Shown here one piece after another: positions 48,393 to 58,333 of a stretch of 64,000 nucleotides of DNA. The notes beneath the pieces are model-generated. The model saw only the letters and a list, made by a program, of their open reading frames with translations. It was not told where the DNA came from and did no database searches. The translations under genes and the position numbers were made by a program. Numbering within the stretch: position 1 is the first letter of the stretch; each line of letters begins with the position of its first letter. This DNA comes from Escherichia coli (GTDB lineage: Bacteria > Pseudomonadota > Gammaproteobacteria > Enterobacterales > Enterobacteriaceae): assembly GCF_030013205.1 (NCBI RefSeq), contig NZ_CP122648.1; one strand, written 5' to 3'.

Positions 48393-48872
48393 ATGAAACG
48401 AATTGCGTTTGTGGGTACCGTCGGGGCAGGAAAAACAACGTTATTTAATGCGTTGCAGGGGAATTATACCCTCGCCAGAAAAACACAGGCCGTGGAATTT
48501 AATGATAAAGGCGATATTGATACGCCGGGTGAATATTTTAGCCATCCCCGCTGGTATCACGCCTTAATTACCACGCTACAGGATGTGGACATGCTGATCT
48601 ATGTCCACGGCGCGAATGACCCGGAAAGTCGGTTGCCTGCCGGGTTGCTGGATATTGGCGTCAGCAAACGGCAAATCGCCGTCATCAGTAAAACGGACAT
48701 GCCAGATGCTGACGTCGCCGCAACGCGAAAGTTATTGCTTGAGACGGGCTTCGAAGAGCCGATTTTCGAGCTAAACAGCCACGACCCGCAAAGCGTGCAG
48801 CAACTGGTGGATTATCTGGCATCTCTCACCAAACAGGAGGAAGCAGGTGAAAAAACTCATCACAGCGAATGA
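48393..48872 (+). CDS. eutP: ethanolamine utilisation GTPase/acetate-kinase-like protein EutP
   Basis: 159 aa, P-loop GTVGAGKTT. Confidence 0.9.
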   Translation: MKRIAFVGTVGAGKTTLFNALQGNYTLARKTQAVEFNDKGDIDTPGEYFSHPRWYHALITTLQDVDMLIYVHGANDPESRLPAGLLDIGVSKRQIAVISKTDMPDADVAATRKLLLETGFEEPIFELNSHDPQSVQQLVDYLASLTKQEEAGEKTHHSE

Positions 48873-49548
48873 TATTCGCGAAGCACACGCGCGCGGCGAA
48901 CAGGCAATGTCCGTGGTTCTGCGCGCCAGCATTATTACTCCGGAAGCCCGTGAAGTGGCGGATCTGTTGGGTTTTACCATCACCGAATGTGATGAATCGA
49001 CTGCGGTAACGACGTCCGTTCCCGCCAGCGTGCCAGCCGATAAAACCGAAAGCCAGCGCATCCGCGAAACCATCATCGCCCAGCTACCGGAAGGCCAGTT
49101 TACCGAAAGTCTGGTCGCGCAGCTGATGGAAAAAGTGATGAAGGAAAAACAGTTACTGGAGCAGGGTGCAATGCAGCCGAGTTTCAAATCGGTGACCGGC
49201 AAAGGCGGCATCAAAGTTATTGATGGCAGCAGCGTCAAGTTTGGTCGTTTCGACGGCGCACAGCCACACTGCGTCGGATTAACGGATCTGGTCACCGGAG
49301 ACGACGGCAGCAGCATGGCCGCTGGTTTTATGCAGTGGGAGAACGCCTTCTTCCCGTGGACCCTGAACTATGACGAAATCGATATGGTACTGGAAGGGGA
49401 ACTGCACGTTCGCCACGAAGGCGAAACCATGATCGCCAAAGCAGGCGACGTGATGTTTATCCCGAAAGGCTCCAGCATCGAATTTGGTACGACATCCAGC
49501 GTGAAATTCCTGTATGTCGCCTGGCCGGCTAACTGGCAATCCCTATGA
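48847..49548 (+). CDS. eutQ: ethanolamine utilisation cupin-like protein EutQ
   Basis: 233 aa; overlaps eutP 3' end. Confidence 0.88.
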   Translation: MKKLITANDIREAHARGEQAMSVVLRASIITPEAREVADLLGFTITECDESTAVTTSVPASVPADKTESQRIRETIIAQLPEGQFTESLVAQLMEKVMKEKQLLEQGAMQPSFKSVTGKGGIKVIDGSSVKFGRFDGAQPHCVGLTDLVTGDDGSSMAAGFMQWENAFFPWTLNYDEIDMVLEGELHVRHEGETMIAKAGDVMFIPKGSSIEFGTTSSVKFLYVAWPANWQSL

Positions 49549-50348
49549 AAGATTTCATCACCGAAGCATGGCTAAGAGCGAATCATACGCTTAGCGAAGG
49601 CGCAGAGATCCATCTCCCTGCGGACAGTCGCCTGACGCCCTCTGCCCGGGAGTTGCTGGAAAGCCGCCATCTGCGCATCAAGTTTATTGACGAGCAGGGC
49701 CGCCTGTTTGTTGACGATGAACAGCAGCAGCCGCAGCCCGTTCATGGGCTGACCAGTAGCGATGAACATCCGCAGGCGTGCTGCGAACTGTGCCGCCAGC
49801 CGGTGGCGAAAAAGCCGGATACGCTGACTCACCTGTCGGCGGAAAAAATGGTTGCCAAAAGCGATCCGCGCCTGGCTTTTCGCGCTGTTCTCGACAGCAC
49901 CATTGCGCTGGCAGTGTGGCTGCAAATTGAACTGGCGGAACCGTGGCAGCCGTGGCTGGCGGATATCCGTTCGCGTCTTGGCAACATTATGCGTGCCGAT
50001 GCGCTGGGGGAACCGCTGGCCTGCCAGGCGATTGTCGGGCTTTCTGACGAAGATCTGCATCGGCTTTCTCACCAGCCGCTGCGCTATCTTGGTCACGATC
50101 ATCTGGTGCCGGAAGCCAGCCACGGGCGCGATGCGGCGTTACTCAATCTGCTACGCACCAAAGTGCGGGAAACCGAAACCGTAGCAGCGCAGGTATTTAT
50201 CACCCGCAGCTTTGAAGTATTACGCCTGGACATCTTGCAGGCGCTGAACCGCCTTTCCAGCACGGTTTACGTGATGATGATCCTGAGCGTAGCGAAACAA
50301 CCGCTAACGGTGAAGCAGATCCAACAACGACTGGGGGAAACGCAATGA
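49545..50348 (+). CDS. eutT: corrinoid (cobalamin) adenosyltransferase EutT
   Basis: 267 aa; ATGA overlap with eutQ. Confidence 0.9.
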   Translation: MKDFITEAWLRANHTLSEGAEIHLPADSRLTPSARELLESRHLRIKFIDEQGRLFVDDEQQQPQPVHGLTSSDEHPQACCELCRQPVAKKPDTLTHLSAEKMVAKSDPRLAFRAVLDSTIALAVWLQIELAEPWQPWLADIRSRLGNIMRADALGEPLACQAIVGLSDEDLHRLSHQPLRYLGHDHLVPEASHGRDAALLNLLRTKVRETETVAAQVFITRSFEVLRLDILQALNRLSSTVYVMMILSVAKQPLTVKQIQQRLGETQ

Positions 50349-51361
50349 TTATTGAACGTTGTCGTGAACTGGCGTTGCGAGCGCCCGCCAGAGTGGTATT
50401 TCCGGATGCGTTAGATCAACGTGTGCTGAAAGCTGCGCAATATTTATATCAACAAGGTCTGGCAACGCCCATTCTGGTCGCTAATCCGTTTGAACTTCGT
50501 CAGTTTGCGCTCAGTCATGGCGTAGCGATGGACGGGCTACAGGTGATTGATCCGCATGGCAACCTCGCAATGCGGGAAGAATTTGCTCATCGCTGGCTGG
50601 CCCGCGCGGGCGAAAAAACGCCGCCGGATGCGCTGGAAAAACTTACCGACCCGCTGATGTTCGCCGCAGCAATGGTCAGCGCCGGTAAAGCGGATGTCTG
50701 TATCGCGGGCAACCTCTCTTCCACGGCGAATGTGCTGCGTGCCGGATTACGCATTATCGGCTTGCAGCCAGGCTGTAAAACGCTCTCATCCATTTTCCTG
50801 ATGCTGCCACAGTACAGCGGTCCGGCGTTGGGTTTTGCCGATTGCAGCGTGGTGCCACAGCCGACGGCGGCGCAGTTGGCGGATATCGCGCTTGCCAGCG
50901 CCGAAACCTGGCGCGCCATCACCGGAGAAGAGCCGCGCGTGGCGATGTTGTCGTTTTCCAGTAACGGCAGCGCCCGTCACCCCTGCGTTGCCAACGTCCA
51001 GCAGGCGACAGAAATGGTCCGTGAGCGCGCGCCGCAGTTGGTAGTCGATGGCGAGTTGCAGTTTGACGCCGCCTTCGTGCCGGAAGTGGCGGCGCAAAAA
51101 GCGCCTGCCAGCCCGCTACAAGGCAAGGCCAATGTGATGGTTTTTCCGTCGCTGGAAGCCGGAAATATTGGATACAAAATCGCACAACGACTCGGCGGAT
51201 ATCGTGCCGTCGGGCCATTGATACAAGGACTTGCCGCGCCGATGCACGATCTCTCTCGTGGTTGTAGCGTGCAGGAAATTATCGAGCTGGCGCTGGTGGC
51301 AGCTGTGCCGCGTCAGACAGAAGTGAACCGCGAAAGCAGTTTACAAACACTGGTTGAATGA
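50345..51361 (+). CDS. eutD: phosphotransacetylase EutD
   Basis: 338 aa PTA family. Confidence 0.92.
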   Translation: MIIERCRELALRAPARVVFPDALDQRVLKAAQYLYQQGLATPILVANPFELRQFALSHGVAMDGLQVIDPHGNLAMREEFAHRWLARAGEKTPPDALEKLTDPLMFAAAMVSAGKADVCIAGNLSSTANVLRAGLRIIGLQPGCKTLSSIFLMLPQYSGPALGFADCSVVPQPTAAQLADIALASAETWRAITGEEPRVAMLSFSSNGSARHPCVANVQQATEMVRERAPQLVVDGELQFDAAFVPEVAAQKAPASPLQGKANVMVFPSLEAGNIGYKIAQRLGGYRAVGPLIQGLAAPMHDLSRGCSVQEIIELALVAAVPRQTEVNRESSLQTLVE

Positions 51362-51399
51362 ACGGTCCCGTTCTGGACCCTGATAAAGAGGAAAGCACA

Positions 51400-51693
51400 A
51401 TGGAAGCATTAGGAATGATCGAAACCCGGGGCCTGGTTGCACTGATTGAGGCTTCTGACGCGATGGTGAAAGCTGCGCGCGTCAAACTGGTTGGTGTTAA
51501 GCAGATTGGCGGCGGCCTGTGTACTGCCATGGTTCGTGGTGATGTTGCAGCCTGTAAAGCCGCGACCGACGCAGGTGCCGCCGCGGCACAGCGTATCGGC
51601 GAGCTGGTATCTGTACACGTTATCCCGCGTCCGCACGGCGACCTGGAAGAAGTCTTCCCGATCGGCCTGAAAGGCGATAGCAGCAACCTGTAA
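51400..51693 (+). CDS. eutM: BMC-H shell protein EutM
   Basis: 97 aa [28 protein letters not shown]; canonical BMC domain. Confidence 0.93.
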   Translation: MEALGMIETRGLVALIEASDAMVKAARVKLVGVKQIGGGLCTAMVRGDVAACKAATDAGAAAAQRIGELVSVHVIPRPHGDLEEVFPIGLKGDSSNL

Positions 51694-51799
51694 TCACCCT
51701 GTGTGACGTCGATTCGGGCGTCACGCTCTCTCCTTTTTCATTTTACCTTCTGCGGAGGGTAGGGGGAGCTTTTACCTGAAATACGCCACGGAGGCGGGT

Positions 51800-52087
51800 A
51801 TGAAACTGGCAGTCGTCACAGGACAAATTGTTTGTACCGTACGCCATCACGGACTGGCGCATGACAAATTGCTGATGGTGGAAATGATTGATCCACAAGG
51901 TAATCCTGACGGGCAATGCGCCGTCGCCATCGACAATATTGGCGCGGGAACCGGGGAGTGGGTGTTGCTGGTGAGTGGCAGTTCTGCCCGCCAGGCGCAT
52001 AAAAGCGAAACGTCACCGGTCGATCTGTGCGTGATTGGCATCGTCGATGAGGTGGTGTCTGGCGGTCAGGTAATTTTCCACAAATAA
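51800..52087 (+). CDS. eutN: BMC vertex protein EutN
   Basis: 95 aa MKLAVVTGQIVCTVRHHGL; EutN/CcmL family. Confidence 0.92.
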   Translation: MKLAVVTGQIVCTVRHHGLAHDKLLMVEMIDPQGNPDGQCAVAIDNIGAGTGEWVLLVSGSSARQAHKSETSPVDLCVIGIVDEVVSGGQVIFHK

Positions 52088-52098
52088 GGCAGAACATC

Positions 52099-53502
52099 AT
52101 GAATCAACAGGATATTGAACAGGTGGTGAAAGCGGTACTGCTGAAAATGCAAAGCAGTGACACGCCGCCCGCCGCCGTTCATGAGATGGGCGTTTTCGCG
52201 TCCCTGGATGACGCCGTTGCGGCAGCCAAAATTGCCCAGCAAGGGTTAAAAAGCGTGGCAATGCGCCAGTTAGCCATTGCTGCCATTCGTGAAGCAGGCG
52301 AAAAACACGCCAGAGATTTAGCGGAACTTGCCGTCAGTGAAACCGGCATGGGCCGCGTCGAAGATAAATTTGCCAAAAACGTCGCTCAGGCGCGCGGCAC
52401 ACCAGGCGTTGAGTGCCTCTCACCACAGGTGCTGACCGGTGACAACGGCCTGACTTTAATTGAAAACGCGCCCTGGGGCGTGGTGGCTTCGGTGACGCCT
52501 TCCACTAACCCGGCGGCAACCGTAATTAACAACGCCATCAGCCTGATTGCCGCGGGCAACAGCGTCATTTTTGCCCCGCATCCGGCGGCGAAAAAAGTCT
52601 CCCAGCGGGCGATCACGCTGCTCAACCAGGCGATTGTTGCCGCAGGCGGGCCGGAAAACTTACTGGTTACTGTGGCCAATCCGGATATCGAAACCGCGCA
52701 ACGTTTGTTCAAGTTCCCGGGTATCGGCCTGCTGGTGGTGACCGGCGGCGAAGCGGTAGTGGAAGCGGCGCGTAAACACACCAATAAACGTCTGATTGCC
52801 GCAGGTGCTGGCAACCCGCCGGTAGTGGTGGATGAAACCGCTGACCTCGCCCGTGCAGCTCAGTCCATCGTCAAAGGTGCTTCTTTCGATAACAACATCA
52901 TTTGTGCCGACGAAAAGGTACTGATTGTTGTTGATAGCGTAGCCGATGAACTGATGCGTCTGATGGAAGGCCAGCACGCGGTGAAACTGACCGCAGAGCA
53001 GGCGCAGCAGCTACAACCGGTGTTGCTGAAAAATATCGACGAGCGCGGAAAAGGCACCGTCAACCGTGACTGGGTTGGTCGCGATGCGGCGAAAATCGCG
53101 GCGGCAATCGGCCTTAAAGTTCCGGAACAAACGCGACTGCTGTTTGTAGAAACCACCGCAGAACATCCGTTTGCTGTGACTGAACTGATGATGCCGGTGC
53201 TGCCCGTCGTGCGCGTCGCCAACGTGGCGGATGCCATTGCGCTGGCGGTGAAACTGGAAGGCGGTTGCCATCACACGGCGGCAATGCACTCGCGCAACAT
53301 CGAAAACATGAACCAGATGGCGAATGCCATTGATACCAGCATTTTCGTTAAGAACGGACCGTGTATTGCCGGGCTGGGGCTGGGCGGGGAAGGCTGGACC
53401 ACCATGACCATCACCACGCCAACCGGTGAAGGGGTAACCAGCGCGCGGACGTTTGTCCGTCTGCGTCGCTGTGTATTAGTCGATGCGTTTCGCATTGTTT
53501 AA
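52099..53502 (+). CDS. eutE: CoA-acylating acetaldehyde dehydrogenase EutE
   Basis: 467 aa aldehyde dehydrogenase family. Confidence 0.93.
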   Translation: MNQQDIEQVVKAVLLKMQSSDTPPAAVHEMGVFASLDDAVAAAKIAQQGLKSVAMRQLAIAAIREAGEKHARDLAELAVSETGMGRVEDKFAKNVAQARGTPGVECLSPQVLTGDNGLTLIENAPWGVVASVTPSTNPAATVINNAISLIAAGNSVIFAPHPAAKKVSQRAITLLNQAIVAAGGPENLLVTVANPDIETAQRLFKFPGIGLLVVTGGEAVVEAARKHTNKRLIAAGAGNPPVVVDETADLARAAQSIVKGASFDNNIICADEKVLIVVDSVADELMRLMEGQHAVKLTAEQAQQLQPVLLKNIDERGKGTVNRDWVGRDAAKIAAAIGLKVPEQTRLLFVETTAEHPFAVTELMMPVLPVVRVANVADAIALAVKLEGGCHHTAAMHSRNIENMNQMANAIDTSIFVKNGPCIAGLGLGGEGWTTMTITTPTGEGVTSARTFVRLRRCVLVDAFRIV

Positions 53503-53512
53503 GGAGTAACAG

Positions 53513-54349
53513 ATGGCGCACGACGAACAATGGCTCACCCCACGTCTGCACATAGCAGCAACGCTGTGTAACCAGACGCCTGCCGCGACGGAATCTCCGC
53601 TGTGGCTGGGGGTGGATCTGGGCACCTGCGATGTGGTGTCGATGGTTGTTGACCGCGACGGTCAGCCGGTGGCGGTATGCCTCGACTGGGCTGATGTGGT
53701 CCGCGACGGCATCGTCTGGGATTTCTTCGGTGCGGTCACCATTGTTCGTCGCCATCTCGACACCCTCGAGCAGCAATTCGGTCGCCGTTTTAGCCATGCG
53801 GCGACCTCTTTTCCTCCAGGTACGGACCCGCGTATTTCCATCAACGTGCTGGAGTCTGCCGGACTGGAAGTGAGTCATGTGCTGGATGAGCCAACCGCAG
53901 TCGCGGATCTGCTGCAACTGGACAACGCCGGTGTAGTGGATATCGGCGGTGGCACTACTGGTATTGCCATCGTGAAAAAGGGCAAGGTGACTTACTCGGC
54001 AGATGAAGCCACCGGCGGACATCATATCTCTCTGACTCTCGCCGGAAATCGCCGTATTTCGCTGGAAGAGGCAGAGCAGTACAAACGCGGTCACGGTGAC
54101 GAGATTTGGCCTGCGGTGAAACCGGTGTACGAAAAAATGGCGGACATTGTCGCCCGGCATATTGAAGGGCAGGGCATTACTGATTTATGGCTGGCGGGCG
54201 GCTCTTGTATGCAACCGGGCGTGGCGGAACTGTTTCGCAAACAATTCCCGGCGTTACAGGTGCATCTACCGCAGCACAGTTTGTTTATGACCCCGCTGGC
54301 GATCGCCAGTAGCGGGCGAGAGAAAGCGGAGGGGATCTATGCAAAATGA
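53513..54349 (+). CDS. eutJ: chaperone-like (actin/Hsp70 fold) protein EutJ
   Basis: 278 aa. Confidence 0.9.
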   Translation: MAHDEQWLTPRLHIAATLCNQTPAATESPLWLGVDLGTCDVVSMVVDRDGQPVAVCLDWADVVRDGIVWDFFGAVTIVRRHLDTLEQQFGRRFSHAATSFPPGTDPRISINVLESAGLEVSHVLDEPTAVADLLQLDNAGVVDIGGGTTGIAIVKKGKVTYSADEATGGHHISLTLAGNRRISLEEAEQYKRGHGDEIWPAVKPVYEKMADIVARHIEGQGITDLWLAGGSCMQPGVAELFRKQFPALQVHLPQHSLFMTPLAIASSGREKAEGIYAK

Positions 54350-55526
54350 ATTGCAGACCGCGCTCTTTCAGGCGTTCGATACCCTGAATCTGCAACGGGT
54401 AAAAACATTTAGCGTTCCACCGGTGACGCTTTGCGGTCCGGGCGCGGTGAGCAGTTGCGGACAGCAAGCGCAAACGCGTGGGCTGAAACATCTGTTCGTG
54501 ATGGCAGATAGCTTTTTGCATCAGGCAGGGATGACCGCCGGGCTGACGCGTAGCCTGGCCGTTAAAGGTATCGCCATGACGCTCTGGCCATGTCCGGTGG
54601 GCGAACCATGCATCACCGACGTGTGTGCAGCCGTGGCGCAGTTGCGTGAATCAGGCTGTGACGGGGTGATTGCGTTTGGCGGCGGCTCGGTGCTGGATGC
54701 AGCAAAAGCCGTGGCGTTGCTGGTGACGAACCCGGATAGCACGCTGGCAGAGATGTCAGAAACCAGCGTTCTGCAACCGCGCCTGCCGTTGATTGCCATT
54801 CCAACTACCGCCGGAACCGGTTCTGAAACCACCAACGTAACGGTGATTATCGACGCGGTGAGCGGGCGCAAGCAGGTGTTAGCCCACGCCTCGCTGATGC
54901 CGGATGTGGCGATTCTCGACGCTGCGCTGACCGAAGGCGTGCCGTCGCATGTCACGGCGATGACCGGTATCGACGCGTTAACCCATGCTATTGAAGCGTA
55001 CAGCGCGCTGAACGCCACACCGTTTACCGACAGTCTGGCGATTGGTGCCATTGCGATGATTGGCAAATCGCTGCCGAAAGCGGTGGGCTACGGTCACGAC
55101 CTTGCCGCCCGCGAGAGCATGTTGCTGGCTTCATGTATGGCGGGAATGGCGTTTTCCAGTGCGGGGCTTGGGTTGTGCCACGCGATGGCGCATCAGCCAG
55201 GGGCGGCGCTGCATATTCCGCACGGTCTGGCGAACGCCATGTTGCTGCCAACGGTGATGGAATTTAACCGGATGGTTTGTCGTGATCGGTTTAGTCAGAT
55301 TGGTCGGGCACTGCGAACTAAAAAATCCGACGATCGTGACGCTATTAACGCGGTAAGTGAGCTGATTGCGGAAGTCGGGATTGGTAAACGACTGGGCGAT
55401 GTTGGTGCAACATCTGCGCATTACGGCGCATGGGCGCAGGCCGCGCTGGAAGATATTTGTCTGCGCAGCAACCCGCGTACCGCCAGCCTGGAGCAGATTG
55501 TCGGCTTGTACGCAGCGGCGCAATAA
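54339..55526 (+). CDS. eutG: iron-containing alcohol dehydrogenase EutG
   Basis: 395 aa Fe-ADH family. Confidence 0.92.
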   Translation: MQNELQTALFQAFDTLNLQRVKTFSVPPVTLCGPGAVSSCGQQAQTRGLKHLFVMADSFLHQAGMTAGLTRSLAVKGIAMTLWPCPVGEPCITDVCAAVAQLRESGCDGVIAFGGGSVLDAAKAVALLVTNPDSTLAEMSETSVLQPRLPLIAIPTTAGTGSETTNVTVIIDAVSGRKQVLAHASLMPDVAILDAALTEGVPSHVTAMTGIDALTHAIEAYSALNATPFTDSLAIGAIAMIGKSLPKAVGYGHDLAARESMLLASCMAGMAFSSAGLGLCHAMAHQPGAALHIPHGLANAMLLPTVMEFNRMVCRDRFSQIGRALRTKKSDDRDAINAVSELIAEVGIGKRLGDVGATSAHYGAWAQAALEDICLRSNPRTASLEQIVGLYAAAQ

Positions 55527-55539
55527 AAGTGTACGGACA

Positions 55540-55650
55540 GTCCCCTCGCCCCTTTGGGGAGAGGGTTAGGGTGAGGGGAACAGAGTCGCGCCGGTGCAAA
55601 CAATTACCCTCACCCCGGCCCCTCGGCTTCCAGAGTGAGGGAAAAACCCA
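55540..55650. repeat. GC-rich palindromic repeat (copy 2) plus inverted partial copy, in the eutG-eutH spacer
   Basis: gtcccctcgcccctttggggagagggttagggtgaggggaaca (1 mismatch to copy 1) then ...ttaccctcaccccggcccctcggcttccagagtgagggaaaaaccc. Confidence 0.7.
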
Positions 55651-55695
55651 CTTTCAGCATTGGCAATAAATAACAACTAACAGGGAGTAAAGGCG

Positions 55696-56922
55696 ATGGG
55701 AATTAACGAAATCATCATGTACATCATGATGTTCTTTATGCTGATAGCTGCCGTAGACAGGATCCTGTCGCAGTTCGGCGGTTCTGCTCGTTTCCTCGGT
55801 AAGTTCGGTAAAAGTATCGAAGGATCCGGCGGTCAGTTCGAAGAAGGCTTTATGGCAATGGGCGCACTGGGCCTGGCGATGGTCGGTATGACCGCGCTGG
55901 CACCGGTACTGGCCCACGTACTCGGACCGGTGATTATCCCGGTTTACGAAATGCTCGGCGCAAACCCGTCAATGTTCGCCGGAACACTGCTGGCGTGCGA
56001 TATGGGCGGCTTCTTCCTCGCCAAAGAGCTGGCGGGCGGCGACGTAGCAGCGTGGCTATACTCTGGGTTAATTCTCGGGTCGATGATGGGGCCAACGATT
56101 GTGTTTTCCATTCCGGTGGCGCTCGGCATTATCGAACCTTCTGACCGTCGTTATCTGGCGCTCGGCGTGCTGGCGGGCATTGTGACCATTCCGATTGGCT
56201 GTATTGCCGGTGGTCTGGTGGCTATGTATTCCGGTGTGCAGATCAACGGTCAGCCAGTGGAATTCACCTTTGCCCTGATCCTGATGAACATGATCCCGGT
56301 ACTTATCGTCGCGGTACTGGTGGCGCTGGGGCTGAAATTCATCCCGGAAAAAATGATCAACGGCTTCCAGATCTTCGCCAAATTCCTCGTTGCATTGATC
56401 ACCCTCGGTCTTGCCGCTGCGGTAGTGAAATTCCTGCTCGGTTGGGAACTGATCCCCGGTCTGGATCCGATCTTCATGGCTCCAGGCGACAAACCCGGTG
56501 AAGTGATGCGCGCCATTGAAGTTATCGGTTCTATCTCCTGTGTTCTGTTAGGGGCGTACCCGATGGTATTGCTGCTGACCCGCTGGTTTGAAAAACCGCT
56601 GATGAGCGTCGGTAAAGTGCTGAATATGAACAATATCGCGGCAGCTGGCATGGTGGCAACGCTTGCCAACAACATCCCAATGTTTGGCATGATGAAGCAG
56701 ATGGATACCCGCGGCAAAGTCATCAACTGCGCCTTCGCCGTTTCCGCTGCTTTCGCCCTGGGTGACCACTTAGGCTTCGCCGCTGCCAACATGAACGCCA
56801 TGATTTTCCCGATGATTGTCGGCAAGTTGATCGGCGGCGTAACGGCGATTGGCGTGGCGATGATGCTGGTGCCAAAAGAAGACGCGACCGCGGCCAAAAC
56901 CGAAGCGGAGGCACAATCGTGA
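55696..56922 (+). CDS. eutH: ethanolamine permease EutH
   Basis: 408 aa polytopic membrane protein. Confidence 0.92.
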   Translation: MGINEIIMYIMMFFMLIAAVDRILSQFGGSARFLGKFGKSIEGSGGQFEEGFMAMGALGLAMVGMTALAPVLAHVLGPVIIPVYEMLGANPSMFAGTLLACDMGGFFLAKELAGGDVAAWLYSGLILGSMMGPTIVFSIPVALGIIEPSDRRYLALGVLAGIVTIPIGCIAGGLVAMYSGVQINGQPVEFTFALILMNMIPVLIVAVLVALGLKFIPEKMINGFQIFAKFLVALITLGLAAAVVKFLLGWELIPGLDPIFMAPGDKPGEVMRAIEVIGSISCVLLGAYPMVLLLTRWFEKPLMSVGKVLNMNNIAAAGMVATLANNIPMFGMMKQMDTRGKVINCAFAVSAAFALGDHLGFAAANMNAMIFPMIVGKLIGGVTAIGVAMMLVPKEDATAAKTEAEAQS

Positions 56923-58322
56923 ACACTCGCCAGCTACTGAGCGTCGGTATCGATATCGGCACCACCACCACCCAGGTGATCTTCTCCCACCTGGAGCTGG
57001 TTAACCGTGCGGCGGTGTCGCAGGTGCCGCGCTACGAATTCATCAAACGCGAAATTAGCTGGCAAAGCCCGGTGTTCTTTACCCCTGTCGATAAACAGGG
57101 TGGTTTAAAAGAAGCGGAACTGAAATCGCTGATTTTAGAGCAATATCAGGCTGCGGGCATTGCGCCGGAAAGCGTTGATTCTGGTGCCATCATCATCACC
57201 GGTGAAAGCGCGAAAACCCGCAACGCTCGCCCGGCGGTGATGACGCTCTCCCAGTCGCTGGGCGATTTTGTCGTCGCCAGCGCCGGGCCGCATCTCGAAT
57301 CCGTGATCGCCGGTCACGGTGCCGGGGCGCAAACCCTTTCTGAACAACGGCTGTGTCGGGTACTGAATATCGACATCGGCGGTGGCACCGCGAACTACGC
57401 CCTGTTCGATGCCGGAAAAATCAGCGGCACTGCCTGCCTCAACGTCGGTGGTCGCCTGCTGGAAACTGACAGCCAGGGGCGCGTGGTTTACGCTCATAAA
57501 CCGGGGCAGATGATTGTGGATGAGTGCTTCGGTGCAGGCACTGACGCCCGTTCGCTGACCGGCGCGCAGCTGGTGCAGGTTACCCGCCGGATGGCAGAGC
57601 TGATTGTCGAAGTGATTGACGGAACGCTCTCGCCGCTCGCGCAGGCATTGATGCAAACCGGTTTGCTGCCCGCAGGTGTTACGCCCGAAATCATTACGCT
57701 TTCTGGCGGCGTGGGCGAATGTTATCGCCACCAGCCCGCCGACCCGTTCTGTTTTGCCGATATCGGCCCGCTTCTGGCAACGGCGCTGCATGACCATCCG
57801 CGCCTGCGTGAGATGAACGTGCAGTTTCCGGCGCAAACCGTACGCGCCACGGTGATTGGCGCGGGTGCACATACCCTTTCGCTCTCTGGCAGCACAATCT
57901 GGCTGGAGGGCGTACAACTGCCGCTGCGCAATTTGCCGGTGGCGATCCCAATTGATGAAACGGATCTGGTGAGTGCCTGGCAACAGGCGCTGATTCAGCT
58001 GGATCTTGATCCCAATTCTGACGCGTACGTGCTGGCGCTTCCCGCCTCGCTGCCTGTGCGTTACGCCGCGGTACTGACGGTCATCAACGCGCTGGTCGAT
58101 TTCGTCGCGCGTTTTCCGAATCCGCATCCCCTGCTGGTGGTGGCCGGGCAGGACTTTGGTAAAGCTCTGGGCATGTTGTTGCGCCCACAGCTACAACAAC
58201 TCCCGTTGGCAGTCATTGACGAAGTGATTGTCCGCGCGGGGGACTATATCGACATTGGTACGCCTCTTTTTGGCGGATCGGTTGTGCCGGTGACGGTGAA
58301 ATCACTCGCATTTCCTTCCTGA
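56919..58322 (+). CDS. eutA: ethanolamine ammonia-lyase reactivase EutA
   Basis: 467 aa. Confidence 0.92.
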   Translation: MNTRQLLSVGIDIGTTTTQVIFSHLELVNRAAVSQVPRYEFIKREISWQSPVFFTPVDKQGGLKEAELKSLILEQYQAAGIAPESVDSGAIIITGESAKTRNARPAVMTLSQSLGDFVVASAGPHLESVIAGHGAGAQTLSEQRLCRVLNIDIGGGTANYALFDAGKISGTACLNVGGRLLETDSQGRVVYAHKPGQMIVDECFGAGTDARSLTGAQLVQVTRRMAELIVEVIDGTLSPLAQALMQTGLLPAGVTPEIITLSGGVGECYRHQPADPFCFADIGPLLATALHDHPRLREMNVQFPAQTVRATVIGAGAHTLSLSGSTIWLEGVQLPLRNLPVAIPIDETDLVSAWQQALIQLDLDPNSDAYVLALPASLPVRYAAVLTVINALVDFVARFPNPHPLLVVAGQDFGKALGMLLRPQLQQLPLAVIDEVIVRAGDYIDIGTPLFGGSVVPVTVKSLAFPS

Positions 58323-58333
58323 GGGAACGACTT

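Noticed and set aside
48847-48872. 26-nt eutP/eutQ overlap as a sign of frameshift or misassembly
   Set aside because: Both reading frames are full length and match expected protein sizes; overlapping starts are common in this operon.
42147-55650. GC-rich repeats as a CRISPR array
   Set aside because: Only two distant copies, no regular repeat-spacer periodicity and no cas genes; these are dispersed intergenic palindromic repeats.
57135-58127. 330-aa ORF antisense to eutA
   Set aside because: Shadow ORF opposite a GC-rich, well-conserved coding region; no RBS/start context and a low-complexity Arg/Gly-rich translation.
58323-58333. Remnant of a prophage or integrase between eutA and eutB
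   Set aside because: Only 11 nt of spacer with an RBS; no phage-like ORFs anywhere in the window.
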